A stretch of 64,000 bases of DNA, taken from NCBI GenBank assembly GCA_047495785.1, contig JBLDXI010000009.1, positions 3,534,001-3,598,000 of the forward strand. Reading direction: 5' to 3'. Shown here piece by piece: positions 49,654 to 62,272 of the stretch. Made by a program: the position numbers and the translations under genes. Numbering within the stretch: position 1 is the stretch's first letter; the number at the start of each line of letters is the position of its first letter. The notes beneath the pieces are model-generated. The model did not search any database, was not told the origin of the DNA, and saw only the letters and a list, made by a program, of their open reading frames with translations. The stretch comes from Lepidodermella squamata. Lineage: Eukaryota; Animalia; Gastrotricha.

Positions 49654-52600
49654 ATGCCTATACCTCAGCATCGAAATACACCAACTCGGCCTGATTTGGC
49701 GACGATTTGGCCGCAACTCGAGGATGGTTTCATGAAAGTTTTCCGACGCGAGCAAATCAGCCGGAAGCAGTACATGTGTCTTTACACGCTAATTTACGAC
49801 TACTGCACCACCCCATCGGCCGACCCTGGCCTGCCACCGGTAACTGGTCGCGGTTCAGCGGCGGCGAATGTCTCGGCAGCTGCGGCGGCTGATCAGTTCG
49901 TAGGCGGTGAGCTGTACGCGAAACTCCGCGCCTTTCTCCAGCAGCAACTAGGCTCGCTGATTTCCGACGCCAATGATCTCGGCACCGACCTCGAAGTCCT
50001 CAAGTTCTACACGTCCCAGTGGGAGGAGTTCCGCTTCTCCAGCAACGTACTCAACGGCATTTGCGCCTACCTTAACAGACACTGGATCAAACGAGAAGCT
50101 TCTTCAGGTATGCTTTCTTATCATTTAATGACGTCTTATACGGCTACTTGAAATTTAAAATTCGAAAAAATCTGGAATCTTGCCTCAAAATTTGAATTTC
50201 TTGAGGATGTTACTTGAGGCGGGAAAAAATTCAAAATCCCTATTAATATTCCTTATATTGGCCATGATCTTTCTTGAAAAATCGAGATATTTTTGGAAAT
50301 AGCTCAATGCATCAAATCCTTATAAAAAAAACTCCCCCTACAAAAATCGTTTAAATCCAGTGTCCAAATCGATCTCCCTATCGATTTGCCACAGCTAGAA
50401 GCTAGAGGCTTGCTTTGGTTCCGTTAAAACATCATTTTAAATAAAATTCAATGTAAGGCTGTTTATTCCATTATAAAGCTGAAAATTTTTCGTTTATCGA
50501 AGTTGCTAAGATCATCTCTCATCCTTATCCACGATTTCACGGAGCGTGATTGAAGTTCATCAAATAAAACCCGAAATAACCTGATGAAAAATGGTTCTGT
50601 AAATATCGGTTTTTGATTGAACCAAATTTCTTTAGAGTTTCTAATAGCAATAAAATACTATCAGCATTTTTATAACGCTTTTAATTTTTATTAATTTAAA
50701 AAAACGCTCCCAGGGTATTAATTTGGGAATAACATCCCATCGTGGACTCTTTATCCGTTTTTCCGATTTGGACTTACTTTTGATGCCTCATTCAAGAGAA
50801 ATTCTTCGTGCATTCGCCTTCGAGTCGATCTTCCTAATATTTTAAGGAGGATGGACACATATCACTATTTTTGATAGTCTGCTTGTCAACGTCTTCGTAT
50901 ATCAAGTATCAAGTTTTAAAATACTCCGTTTTCAGTCAATTCATAGTCTGAAATTTCTTACTACATGAGTATTTGATCATCAGGAAATCTATCAAACCCA
51001 TTATTAATTGTTTTCAGGTCGAGCTGATGTGTATGATATTTACGCTCTGTGCCTTGTAATGTGGCGCGACACAGTCTTTCAACAAGTTTCCAAACGCGTC
51101 ACCCGCGCAGCCCTCGCCATGGTCGAACGCGAACGCCAGGGCGAACACATCGACGTGTCCCTGCTGCGAGCAGTCCGCGAGTCCTACGTCGAACTCGGCC
51201 GGCCTCAGAGCGTCGAAGCAGCCGCGGCGGCGCCCATCCCACCCAGCGGCGGTCTGCCATCGCAATCCGGCGGCAGCGCTCTCACATCCGGACTCATGGG
51301 GCCGAACCTGTCAGTCTACGTCGATCACTTCGAAAACGACCTGGTCGACGCAACTCAACAGTTCTACCAGACCGAATCCGCGTCGTTCCTCGAACAGAAC
51401 CCGGTGACGGAGTACGTGAAGCGGGTCGGTTTATGGCTCGCAGATGAGGAGTGCCGCGTTGAGCGTTACCTTCACAACTCCACCCTCGACCGCCTTCGCT
51501 CGACCTGCGAGACCGTATTGATCAAGAAAAAACTCTCCCTCCTCCACGCCGAGTTTTCAAACCTACTCACGAACGAACGAGCCGAAGACTTGGCCCGTCT
51601 ATTCCGCCTGTGCCAGCGTCTCAGCGAAACCGTGAACGATTTAAGGCAGCTACTTGAAGACCACGTTTTCACGCGGGGCGTTAAGGCGGTTCAGCTGGTT
51701 GCTGACCAGGCGGCGCTGGACCCTCGCCTCTACGTCACCACACTCCAAGATGTACACAAAAAGTTCGCTGTGATCGTCCACGAATCGTTTGGAGATGACC
51801 CTGGCTTCATCGCCGCTCTAGACCGCGCCTGTCGCAAATTCGTCAACTCGAACGCAGTCACCGAACCGGGGTCGTCGGGTCAAAATCTCGGCTCTGGTTC
51901 GCAGGTGCAAAGCAAGTCGGCCGAGTTGCTCGCTAAATATCTGGACATCCTCCTTAAAAAAGGTGCCAAGCCGATCGAAGACGAGGAGCTCGAGGCAAGC
52001 CTCATCAGTGCTTTGACGATCTTCAAATACCTCGATGATAAAGACGTGTTCCAGAGTTATTACAGTAAGCTGCTCGCTAAACGGCTCGTGCAACAAGTTT
52101 CGATCTCCGACGAAGCCGAGGACCAGGTGATTAACCGGTTGAAAGACGCCTGCGGTTTCGAATACGTCTGCCGCCTGCAACGCATGTACCGAGACGTTCT
52201 CCAAGTGTCTCGAAGCCTGAACGAAGAGTTCCGGTCGAGCGCTGTTATGGCGAACAGCGGGAAGGTCACCTTCGATTTCAGCGCGATGATTCTGTCGTCG
52301 TGTTCGTGGCCGCTTCAGCATGCCCCGGCCTTCAACGAACCAGCCGAGTTGAAGCAGGCGATGGATGCGTTCTGGAATTTCTACTCGCACAAGCATAACG
52401 GGCGGAAATTGCTCTGGCTGCATAACGTCGGACGAGGGGAGTTGGCAGCGTCCTGTTTCAAGGCGAAACACATTATCCAAGCGTCTACCTATCAAATGGC
52501 TGTCCTGTTGTGTTTCAACATTAATGAAACGTGGAATTATGGTGAATTGCAAGATCGGCTGGCGATGAAGGACGATTTGTATGGCCAGGTCGTTCAGTCC

Positions 52601-54127
52601 CTGGTGCGGCACAAATTGCTTGCGGTGACCAGTGGCAATCAAGCGGCTGTGACCGGGGAGGCTCAGCCGGCTGCGACCGATAAAATCAGTGTCAATGCTG
52701 ACTATACCAACAAAAAGGTGCGAGTCAGTGTGATGGTCAACCTTAAGGTGGAGCAACAATCAGAATCCAAGTTCATCCAGAAAAACATCGACGAAGACAG
52801 AAAACTCCTCGTTCAGGTTCGTTTTTTATTTTCAGCCTTTGAAATTTGAATTACAATGGTTTCAAGCGTTCAACACATGTCAACTTTTAAAACAATATAA
52901 TGCTAATGGTCGAAATTTTAGGAGCTCAAAATACACCGTTGAAAATTTATATTACATTGTCGTGGAATAAGGTCCTACTTTTAACGGAAAACGGCCTGAT
53001 GTGGAGCCAAAGTTTGAATAATATTTTGTCCAAAAATGCATTTTCAAATTCTAAATAAGGAAATGGGATTGATTATCGGAAATCCAAATGAGTAGAGCTC
53101 TGCGCGTAATTTTGATCATAAGGCCTGATCAACTTTTTGGGAACACGTCATGATCATGATTATTTGAAAATAAAATGCTTGATAGTTTCCCTTTGGTGCG
53201 AAGTTTTTGAAATAGCTCCCGCTAAAAGATTTCTCTTCACGGCTTCAGAACATGCAAAAATGGGGAACTGCGCCCCCTGGAAATTTCCCAAAACCTGGAA
53301 ATATTTTGGAAATTTCCAGAAAGAAATCCTAATTTCCAAAAATTTTAGGCAGTTTTCAATACTTTTTCGCGCTGATGAGCCAAACATTTTGCTCTCTTCG
53401 CTCGCCAATATTATTTTCTATTATGTTCTCGGGAAAACTCGGAATAGGCCCTTCAAAGACATAGTCATATCAGCTTGAAATCTGGAAATGAAAGAATGGT
53501 TCCCCGGAAGTCGCGCGTGTTTTATAGTCTGTCAGAAATGAGCGATTTATTTCCATAATTTTTATTAGAAATGCGAAAGAAACATTTTTGATTCAGATTT
53601 TTTGCGCTTTAAATTTCATCACGCTTCAACAATATGATTATTTTCACTTCGAAAGAGCCGTGTACATAAATATTAGTTTCTGATGTTTTCATATAAGTAT
53701 TATTTTATAATATTGAGGCATCAATTAACACGGCGCCCCTAAAATGGACTGGCGACCTGAGCAGCATCGACTGCCTTTTTTCATCAAAATATTAGCACAA
53801 TTGCAGTGTTTATTTTATTTTATTATTTCCCGGAATAATATCGGTGCGCAGTTAATATTTTGAAGTTTTTTACAATTTTCTTGCGTGAATATTTATCAAT
53901 GTTTAAATTGCGCTTTGTTTTTGTTTTATCAGGCGGCTATCGTCCGTATAATGAAAATGCGTCGCCAGCTGGGCCACCAGCTGCTAATCGGCGAAGTAAT
54001 CGACCAACTGCGCGGGCGGTTTCAACCCACGATCCCGCTCATCAAAACCTGCATTGACATTCTCATCGAAAAAGAGTACGTCGAACGGTCGAAAACCGAA
54101 CGCGACGTCTACACCTATGTTGCCTAG
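49654..54127 (+). CDS. CUL1: cullin-1 (exons 49654-50107, 51018-52816, 53933-54127)
   Basis: [40 protein letters not shown], neddylation motif [21 protein letters not shown], terminal YTYVA. Confidence 0.95.
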
Positions 54128-54897
54128 CAGACATCGACCGAACAATGGACAAAATTAATAGAAACAAACTGATTCTTTCCACTCTGTCTCTCTCTCGCTA
54201 AAAGAATATGAATTTGAATAATTTCATTTCAGTTTCACGTCTCAAGGTTGAATACTATTATAATTAGTAATTTCTTGTACAGAAGCACGGCTTATTATCG
54301 ATAAACACCCGGTCCCAAATTGATAAAAACATTTTCGTGTGTGTGGAATTTTATCTCCCGTCGGCTTATTATTCTTATTTTGTCCCGCTTGATGAAGCAA
54401 ATTGAAAATAAGTGTGATCGATATATACTCGAGTTCGTCGCTATTCAACCTGAGTCAATTTTTACCAGGGTTTTTAATTGTTGTCAGAATCAGTTCTACA
54501 TGTTGACCGGGAAACATTCGTGTTTGTCGTCTCTTTCTGCTCTCTATAAATTGCCGCTCTAAATAATTTGTAAATAAATGCGGCTCTAAATTAGTGATAA
54601 AAATCGGTCATATAAACAAAATATACCAGATATGCCGTGGTTTTTTGCATTAAAATATTATTGCGAAAAAATGTTTGAGATGAGCAATAAAAGTGATCTT
54701 TTATTTTTGTTTGTTTGTTCGCCAAGGGCCAGTTTCCAGATCGCGTGCCTATCTCGTGTCGCGTGCTGTCGCGCGCGTGTGATTTATCAGCAACAGTTGA
54801 CGCACTCGCGCGTGGCAATCGGTCATTTAAATCTGAAAACTGTCGCAGCCGGAATTTTTCGAATTTTTTTCGCGTTCTGAATAATTAGCGTAGTGGC

Positions 54898-55430
54898 GTT
54901 ACGTAACGTGCTAATTGATGCTTGACTCCTGTCGTCGTCGTTCTTGTCGTCGCTGTCGTTCGCACTTTGGTGTATCGAGCGAGTGCGAGGGAACGCGGCG
55001 CCGCGGGGTAGGGAATCTACTCAAGTGGTCTCTGTCTGGGTGTTGCGTCACATTGCAGCGCGCGGCGTAACACCGGCGTAACCGATTACAGAAATTCAAA
55101 CATATTTGCGTAAGCCGTTCAGTTACCAGACAGTACTCGCACATATTCGCTGCATAGTCGAGCAAAACCCAGCAATACTCTTCCTAAAGACCCTGGTTAC
55201 GCGCCTGTTACGCCCAGTTTTTATACACCCTGTTGTATTTTAGGACTTAAACGCCGTAACCTGTTACAAAATAATTCGGCCTAATTATTATTGCCGTGTG
55301 CTTTGAGCGTGACCTCGGTTAACCTCAATCAAGTGCGATTAATTTATTAATCATAAAAAATGGCCGCTTTCACCGAGATGGGACCAGGTTTGTTGAAGGC
55401 GTAACCCCAAATGGCGCCTGTTACGTTCTC
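54898..55430. promoter_or_regulatory. cluster of PAR/E4BP4-type bZIP sites
   Basis: Perfect palindrome GTTACGTAAC (54898-54907) plus repeated GCGTAAC/GTTACGC half-sites at ~55065, 55076, 55196, 55207 and 55400. Confidence 0.55.
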
Positions 55431-55468
55431 TTTTTTTCCGTCACCCAGGCGCCCAGTTGCACTACTTG

Positions 55469-55555
55469 ATGACTGCCGAGCAGCAGAACGCGGCACATCA
55501 GGCGCATCAAGCTTACTCATTCGTTTATGGCGCCCCGCCTCAACTTGTGCCCTAC

Positions 55556-55586
<31 letters not shown>

Positions 55587-57232
55587 AGCAACAACCCCCG
55601 GCTCAACATCCACCTCAACGGTCGAGAAATGGCCAGGGTCTACCCCCGACGCCGCCTGGGTCACCCAGGCCTCCGATGCAGCAGCAACAGCAAAACCAGC
55701 CGATTCAGTCGGCGATCAAGCAGCAACCGTCGGCTAATTTTGCCAGCCCGGTGCGAACCCAGCACCCATCTCAGCCGCAGTCTCTGCCGCTGTACCCTCA
55801 GCCGTCACCCCTGCACCCGACCATGCAGAACCTGAACGGCGGCGGGCAGAACGATTTCATCAAACAGCAACAGCAGCATCAGTTATTTCAATGGCCTGTT
55901 CAACAGCAGCAACAACAGCAACAGCAACAGACAAACCCGGTGCCGACGGGCATGTACGGCGGTGGCGAGGCCGCGTTTCCCATTGTGCCATCATGTGAGT
56001 CTGAAAAACAATTTTTATTACGTTGCGCAACCACCTGTCTGCGACCCGGGGTCAGCAATAAAGCGCCTATTGTCTCATCTTTTTGCGGCGAGTGCTTGCG
56101 CAACACTGCGAGACAACGCGCGCTAGAACCCTAATCGCGCTCAGTGCTGTAGTTTCCTAGTTCCGAAAAATGGACGCTTTTTTAGGAAATTTTTGCGACC
56201 AGTTCACCCAGCAGTACCAACAAACTGGCCAGCAACAGGTTGTTCCGTCCAACCCAACCGGTGCGGGTGGTTTTATCGGGCTGAGCCACCACAATCAGAA
56301 TGTTGTTAAAGCCGACCCGTTTCGCGCCGGTTGCCGGTCTTATGAACCAGCCCGGCCTATTAGCGAAGCTTATGGGTCCCCTAATTGCCAGCCATACCGA
56401 TTTAATTCGGCCTACACTGGCAACGCCGGGTTGTTGCAAACCGTCTCGCCTCAGCAAGCTACAGCGATCCCTGGGGTCATTTCAGCTCGCGATAATTTCG
56501 GCATTTTAGGATGCTCATGTACTAAGAAAATTGCTAATTTTTCTTGGTAATAATTCTAATTTGTATCGATTTTTTTGAACCTACAGCAACTTCGCCGTCT
56601 TTAGTTCATGCGTTGAGTCAAGCCGGGCAGTCACGCCGCCAGCGTTCCGAAAAGAAGCAGGTTCCGGATGATTTGAAGGACGACAAGTACTACGAACGGC
56701 GTAAGCGAAACAACGTTGCGGCGAAGAAATCGCGCGACTCGCGAAAAGCTCGTGAGGACGAAATTTCGATCCGTGCAAGCTTCCTCGAAAAGGAAAACGC
56801 AATCCTCAGAGCACAGGTTGGTTAAATTCACCTAATTTTTTCAAATTAATTTCGCAAATTTTTCAGGTCGCGACGTTGCGAGATGAGGCGAATTCGCTTA
56901 AGCAGCTTCTGTTACAAAAACAAGTGACAACATCGAGCGCCCCAACGGGCTCACTTGGACCACGACCCGCGGCCACGTCGACGCCAAACGCGAAACAACA
57001 GGGCTTTAACATGCCACCGCAAAGCCAGCAACAACAACTGGCTCACAGCAATAACACCAACAATCAAACTTCGCTAGCACTAGCTGCTCAACAAGCCGCG
57101 CTTTACGCCGCAGCTTTCGTGAACCAGCACCACCATCAGGTGCTTGGCAATAGCCAGGTTGATGGTGGCGCAAATCAGCAGCAGCAGCAACAACAACAGC
57201 AAAATCAAGAAATGATCCATTCGGCCGCGTGA
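55469..57232 (+). CDS. PAR-family bZIP transcription factor, ces-2/giant-like (exons 55469-55994, 56587-56816, 56867-57232)
   Basis: [54 protein letters not shown]|ATLRDE; polyQ N- and C-termini. Confidence 0.9.
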
Positions 57233-58016
57233 TGATTTTATCTCAACTCCCTGGAAAATTCTCATATTTCTTTCCTTCAACCTTTCATAAAAAATTACTT
57301 CGGTTTTGGTGTTTCGAATTCTCGTTTTTTCTACTTCAGCTACCTATTGTTGTATGAAAAGTATTTGCTCAAGTACTGACTGACTAAGCATGAAAAACTC
57401 GCCCGTGTTTTAATGCTATAATTATTATTTAAAATGATTTCTCTCGGCTAGAGTTGTGCACCAATCGAGTTACCTCAGACTCTAGACTAAAAAGTCGCCA
57501 AAAATAGTTGGAAAATTCAGTCTTGATATCGCTTTATCTACCTACATTTATATTCTACAACGTATTCATCTTCCATTTGATTTCATGAACATGAATGGCA
57601 TAAACAAATGTTTAATAAAAACGACTGATTAGTGGTTTAATGTGAACATGGCTTTTTATTCACCATCAATTTTATACCAATATATTCACAGAAATATTTT
57701 ATAGCGTAAAACAAACTCAACATTTTAACTGGTGACACAGCTTTTACAGATCTTTATCAATCATTACTAATTGGAGCATGACGTTGCGTCAAATGAAAAT
57801 ACCAAAAATAAGGATGCCGGTGGAAAAAGCAAAGCTAGATCATTTGAACCTCTTCGCTGTTCCGGAATGCTTAACAAATAATAAGCATGACTTTCACACA
57901 AAATAATTTTTGAAGATTCACGAAAACACTAACAAAAAGGTGATGCTCCAACATGCTATACTGGCTAATCAGACAGTTTACGGGGGTTATAGCTCCAGTA
58001 TTAAGATATAACAAGG

Positions 58017-59707
58017 CTACATTGGAGTAAATCTTCGGCAATGATCACAATTTACATGCAACGAGGATAGATTATCAACAAAACCCAACGCGGTTCCGTC
58101 GCTTAACCCATCGCTAGATGTGTTGTCACTCTGGGGAGATTCTTCAATTTGAACAGTGGCCGATCGTACTCCAGCTCTTCGGATTAAAATCGTCGAGGCA
58201 GAGCGAGTTATTTCAGTCCGGTTGACACTCGGGTTGTTTATCGTCAGATGAGCAATCGCCATTCGGTGAGATGTCGATAAATTCCATACATGCAAGTTAT
58301 GGACATTATATACACCTGGTAACAAAATTCATTAGCATCAAAGCGCCATTGGGCTAATGAAACCAGCTAAGTATATAGTATTTTCCTATATACTTAGCTG
58401 GTTTCATTAGCCCAATGACGAAAGCACGAAAATCAGAACAAATCTCACCTTGCAGGCCAGAAAGCTCTTTTTTCAATAAGTCATAGTCGACGTCTGATGG
58501 CACTGATTCAACAAGAATCATGACAATGTCGCGGAGAACAGTTATGGTCGTACAAAGGACGATAACGGAGAAAACGAACGTGCAGATAGGATCGGCTATT
58601 TTCCAATCGGCGTCAATTTTAATAAGGATAGCAGCCACTAAAACGCCGATGGATTGCACCAAATCGCCGATAACGTGAATAAAAGCGGCACGTATATTTA
58701 TGTTCTGCGAGCCCGAGTGGCTATGGCCATGTCCATGTCCATGACCGCCGTGACTGTGCCCATGACCAGTTTCGACGCTGCTGCTCGGTGCCCCACCGTG
58801 GCTATGCCCATGAGACATATATTTCTAAAATCAAGCAGGTTGTATAGGCAAGATTACATATATAAGATATATTTTACTTGAGCAGTTCCCAGAACATCGG
58901 AATGTAGCACAATTCCCATTACAATATTAAATGCAACGCCAAGAGAAGCAACTATCAGCATCTCGTTCGCATTGATGTCGAATTCATGCCTAGTAAACAG
59001 AGAATATATAACAGCTGACTACTTTCATCAAATTTGTACCTCTGTATACGCTCTATCGCAAGTATACAAAGAATCGCGGACAACAGCCAGATGACGAGAA
59101 TACTCGCAAGAGCTCCCAATGTTTCCACGCGATGGTAGCCGAAGGAAAATCTCTTCGTCGGACGCCGCCGTTTCAAATACAGCGCCAGAATGGAAATAAG
59201 AAATGAAGCCAAGTCGCTGCTCAAGTGCGCAGCATCAGTCATAATTGAAAGACTATTTGCTACTGCGCCACCTTTTCAATCGGTAAAAATGTCATATTGG
59301 TCAGCGAGCAAACAAAACTCACCAATAATCTGGGCAGACATGAAGAGAAAGCAGAGAATAGATACAAAAACCAGCTGCCTGATAGCGATGGCATCTTCCG
59401 AAAAGTCAACAGGTGGCCACCAATAGTGGCAATGGGGTTCATCTTCTGCTGACTTGACAGCACTATGAGAGTCAGAATGATGCTCGTGGTTATGACAATC
59501 TTCATGTTGGGTGCTCCCGTGGCCACCATGAGAGTGGCGATTTGGAGGGCAAAGAGGAGCAGTATCCTCGTCTTCTGTAAAGGAGTTTCGAAAAATTGCA
59601 TCAACACTGACTGAATTCCGTTCAACACAATCGACGCTTCCATCGGAATTAATTATTGCTGGCGTTAAAGGCATGTTGGAAGACGGAACAAAAATTGCTC
59701 CACTCAT
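58017..59707 (-). CDS. cation diffusion facilitator, ZnT2/3/8-like zinc transporter, multi-exon
   Basis: MTDAAHLSSD, FSFGYHRVETLGALAS, His-rich loop (HGHSH)n, NINIRAAFIHVIGDLVQSIGV, ADPICTF, HNLHVWNL. Confidence 0.95.
58347..58417. repeat. perfect 32-bp inverted repeat (hairpin) in the last ZnT intron
   Basis: CATTGGGCTAATGAAACCAGCTAAGTATATAG, 7-nt loop, exact reverse complement. Confidence 0.95.
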
Positions 59708-62251
59708 CCCAATTCAACAGGTTGCCCACAGGTACAAAATGTACCGCAAAAAACGGAACAACACAACACAAAATAAGCAGACAGCGAAAAACTTTGCTCT
59801 CAAGTCATTGGCATCACCTTCCCAGTGATGCTTTTGGCAGAAAAACCGACTACGCACCTGCGAAAAGCTAACTGAATGCGACTTGAAAAAATGTGTGAAC
59901 CCGCCCTAATATCGTTTCAAGGTCACAAGTAAATAAATGATTTCGAATAAAAACCATATAATATTTGCTGCTAGTAAATATTTTAGGCTTTATCATTGAA
60001 AGATTTACCGCAGGTTTTGGTGGAAAATTGAGATCAACACGCACGGCGCTTGGCTCTCGAAGTCGTCGATCTTATAACGGTGTAACTGTGGTGTAACTAT
60101 ATCCATATATCCATGAAATATCCATGGACTTTATACTGTTCTTTGGGCTTGAAACACCTGGGCACCAAAAATGCCTCAGTAACGTATTCCGAAGCGTTAT
60201 TGCGGGTAATCGCGTCAGATCGCGAAAGGATCACACGGCTTGGAATATCAACCCATTTTCGGTTCATTTACATAGACAACTTCGCGTTGTCTATGTAAAT
60301 GAAACTGATACTTGGTCTGAATTCCAGGACTTCCGAGGAGCCGATACTTCTATTTGGTTATGCTAACACAATTTTAAACAGATTGAAACATTCCATTTTG
60401 TGCGCATCAGAGTTGGTTTATTTTGCGACATGATTTCGTTAGAGACTAAAATAGTGCGTCAAAATGTCGTAAACTTAAAGCCCAAGTTTATAGAGGTTCA
60501 AAGTCTACTTGTCCTCAGTGCGGTATCATGGCACCTAAAAATGACCAGGGGCCCTAAAGTAACTTACGGATCGGGCCCGCCCGAGTGGTTTTTTATGAGT
60601 TGTCAACATTTTCATCGGGCCTCATTGCAACTGCCTAACTTGCCTTCTTTGCCGGCTCTGCTTGTCCTCTAATAAAACACTGAGACATGAGACCCGAGAC
60701 CCCAACCAAATAACAATAAGTAATAACAATTAATTTACCGGATAAATAAGATCCGGAATCGCCAACGACAGCTCTTTGTAGTAATTTTGCCATCGAATTT
60801 GTAACAACAAGTTCGTCACAATAAGCTAAAATATACCTATGTAATTTGATCAAATATTAACAAGATACAAGCTATAAAACATTATACCTGGTATCGGAGA
60901 ACTCGGATATCGGGTATCAAAAAACATACCGTCATTTGGGGCTATTCGGACGACTTAAAAAAATTACCCCCTAAATTTTTACATGTTAACACGTTTCAAA
61001 AGGTCCTGATTCCAATGGAACCAGGATTCCGAATAGTCCCAGGGATGGGGGACAGGTATCGGACAGGTATCGGATAGCCCGCTATTATTAATACATAAAT
61101 ATTCATTTCAAATAATACTGATGTGTTGTGTTCAGTGGCCGAGTGGCATTGGAACTCCTTGCAAAATCTCATTGCCATTGGCCGGGTAGTATTTGAGTAA
61201 TGCTCATTCTTCTGTTTACATGAACATTTGTCCGATTAGCCCCACAGTACCAAATAACCTCATCATTCGGGATTCGGGGCTATCACAGGGTAAGGGGCTA
61301 TTCGATGACACGTTCGTTCAAGCAGTAGAATGAGGCATACATTCTCACAAACCATAAAGCCATAGTCGATAAAATATTGTAGGGAGTTACCTCGACAGAT
61401 GACACTTATTCAGTAAAATAAATAAGGTCCAAGAGTTAACGGTTATGAAGCTGCGGGCTCACCTTCCAGGTGTAGGCTCAACATCAAAACGTTTGTGTTG
61501 CGTTGAATATCCCACCAGGCACTGGTATGATACCTTGCCGGTCCGTCTGTGATCTTCCGTCACATGTGACGCTGTAGGCGCGGCTTTCTGAGCCAAATGA
61601 AGGAAGGAAGCGAACGGAACTGAAGAACAATGGTCCTAGTTTCGGAATTTTTCAAAAAGCGTGTTCCATTTTTCAAAAAGCGTGGAAAACCCCAAATTGA
61701 ACAACATTTCATACCTACTTACATACCCTGCATACGTACTTTTTATACTTACATTTCAGGGTAAACTCATCGCCTATTCAATTTTCTTAGACGCTGAAAA
61801 AAGCCTCGAAATCAGCTCGACAAGTAGAAAGCGTTAGGCTATTAAAATTTGAAAAAATGATTATTTTTCGATTTTTAACGTAGGTAAATTCGAAAAATTT
61901 CTGCTCAAAACACTGTGTGAAGTCATCGGGAGTAAGTAAAAAATCTGATCGCCAGTGCTTTTTTTACGCGCAAACAATTTGAAATTATTATGTGTCAAGG
62001 TGGAATTTAGAAAAAATAGCCCAACGCCATGATTATCACCTGCACAGGTGAACTGGAGTCGGACAAGCCGCAGGCAATTAAGCTGTACGAGATTACCCCA
62101 AAAACCCAAGCGTTAAAATCATAGATAAATTGCTAAATTTTTCGGCACATGATTTTGGCGTTTTTTGCTCAAAAGCTGAACACAGCAGATGTCGAAAACG
62201 AGCAATGAGCTTCCCTTCCTTCCCTTGAAATGCCCCAGTAGGTTAGGGGAC

Positions 62252-62272
62252 GGGGGGGGGGGGGGGGGGGGG
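62252..62272 (+). repeat. poly-G tract (21 nt)
   Basis: Seen directly in the sequence. Confidence 0.9.

Noticed and set aside
60938-61305. GGGGCTATTCGGAC / GTCCGATTAGCCCC inverted pair with GGTATCGG repeats (MITE-like)
   Set aside because: No TSD, and extra partial copies make the boundaries undefinable; probably a decayed repeat.
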